In this document: one piece after another, positions 31,453-32,000 of the stretch
How the letters are laid out: each line of letters begins with the position of its first letter
Numbering within the stretch: position 1 is the stretch's first letter
Notes under the pieces: generated by a model
Seen by the model: only the letters and a program-made list of their open reading frames with translations
What the model was told of the DNA's origin: nothing
Databases searched by the model: none
Made by a program: the position numbers and the translations under genes
NCBI GenBank assembly: GCA_054661495.1
Contig: BAAFSQ010000039.1
Coordinates: forward strand, 25,440 to 57,439
Length of the DNA stretch: 32,000 bases
Source: Zygophlyctis sp. KS116
Taxonomy: Eukaryota > Fungi > Chytridiomycota
Reading direction: 5' to 3'

Positions 31453-32000
31453 CTATACAATTTCAATTAAATGTTTCCAAGGTGAATTTCCAATCAGAAT
31501 CTTAACAATCTTTTCTTGTTCTGCTGTTAAAAATCCTTTTGATACAAGTGAAAAGCCTTCTACAGTTTTTAAAAAATGAACATCTGCAGAATGAGACTTA
31601 AAAAGCATATCAACTTGAGTACTGACTCCATCTTCTGTGAGCCCAGTCTCTTCAAACGGCTTAAAATGTTGAGGATTTTCAAGATACTTTTTCCAATTTT
31701 CAATTCTAGACAAATGATTCTGCTTTCCGAAACTTTTTTCAAACATTTCAATTACTGATCTGATAGTCAACAACTGCTGATAATGCAATTTGTAAAGAGA
31801 TTCTCTTTCTTTTTCCTTTGTCAAATGCTCAATATCCTTGTCTTTGGAAGTAATTTTTTCCTTTAATAGTTCATCCTTTGACTGAATTTCATTTTCCATT
31901 GATTTCACTTTTTCCTTTAAAAGAGATTCTTTTTGAAGATCATTCAATAGCGCAGCTTTTTCCTCTATTGTCTTGTCAGATTTAAGAATCACATTCACCA
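31453..32000 (-). CDS. 3' part of a coiled-coil protein with a C-terminal globular domain of unknown function
   Basis: The frame is open to the window edge. A K/E-rich coil with duplicated LLKEK is followed by LLTIRSVIEMFE..W..LFKSHSADVH. Confidence 0.7.
   Translation of the reverse strand, partial: VNVILKSDKTIEEKAALLNDLQKESLLKEKVKSMENEIQSKDELLKEKITSKDKDIEHLTKEKERESLYKLHYQQLLTIRSVIEMFEKSFGKQNHLSRIENWKKYLENPQHFKPFEETGLTEDGVSTQVDMLFKSHSADVHFLKTVEGFSLVSKGFLTAEQEKIVKILIGNSPWKHLIEIV

Noticed and set aside
1-32000. CRISPR arrays, transposases, tRNA or rRNA genes
   Set aside because: No repeat-spacer arrays, transposase/RT motifs, terminal repeats, cloverleafs or rRNA sequence were seen.

Overview
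Gene-dense, AT-rich eukaryotic DNA, most likely from a zoosporic (flagellated) fungus such as a chytrid or relative. The evidence is the flagellar genes DRC5/TCTE1 and an inversin-like protein, together with a fungal MtfA/Loz1-type C2H2 factor. The ORF track is fragmented because genes are split by very small GT-AG introns. I reconstructed 48 introns by hand (one tentative): 45 are 23-32 nt, and the three longer ones (48, 52, 62 nt) are all first introns. About 23 genes can be modelled. Housekeeping genes include an SLC25A44-like carrier, EMC1, RPB11, TOM70, PP2C, SLY1, a SWEET transporter and a GT32 enzyme. Ciliary genes and lineage-specific secreted or repeat proteins are also present. Most notable: (1) the miniaturised, degenerate intron system and 24-36 bp intergenic gaps, including a possible stop-removing intron that would fuse RPB11 to the next gene; (2) a PNUTS/PPP1R10 orthologue with an N-terminal homeodomain, the architecture of plant LUMINIDEPENDENS; (3) effector-like genes: a signal peptide + F-box + ankyrin protein with a small secreted neighbour, and a signal-bearing SET methyltransferase resembling chlamydial NUE-type nucleomodulins. 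All gene models were made by eye with no transcript data or database searches, and homologue comparisons are from memory.
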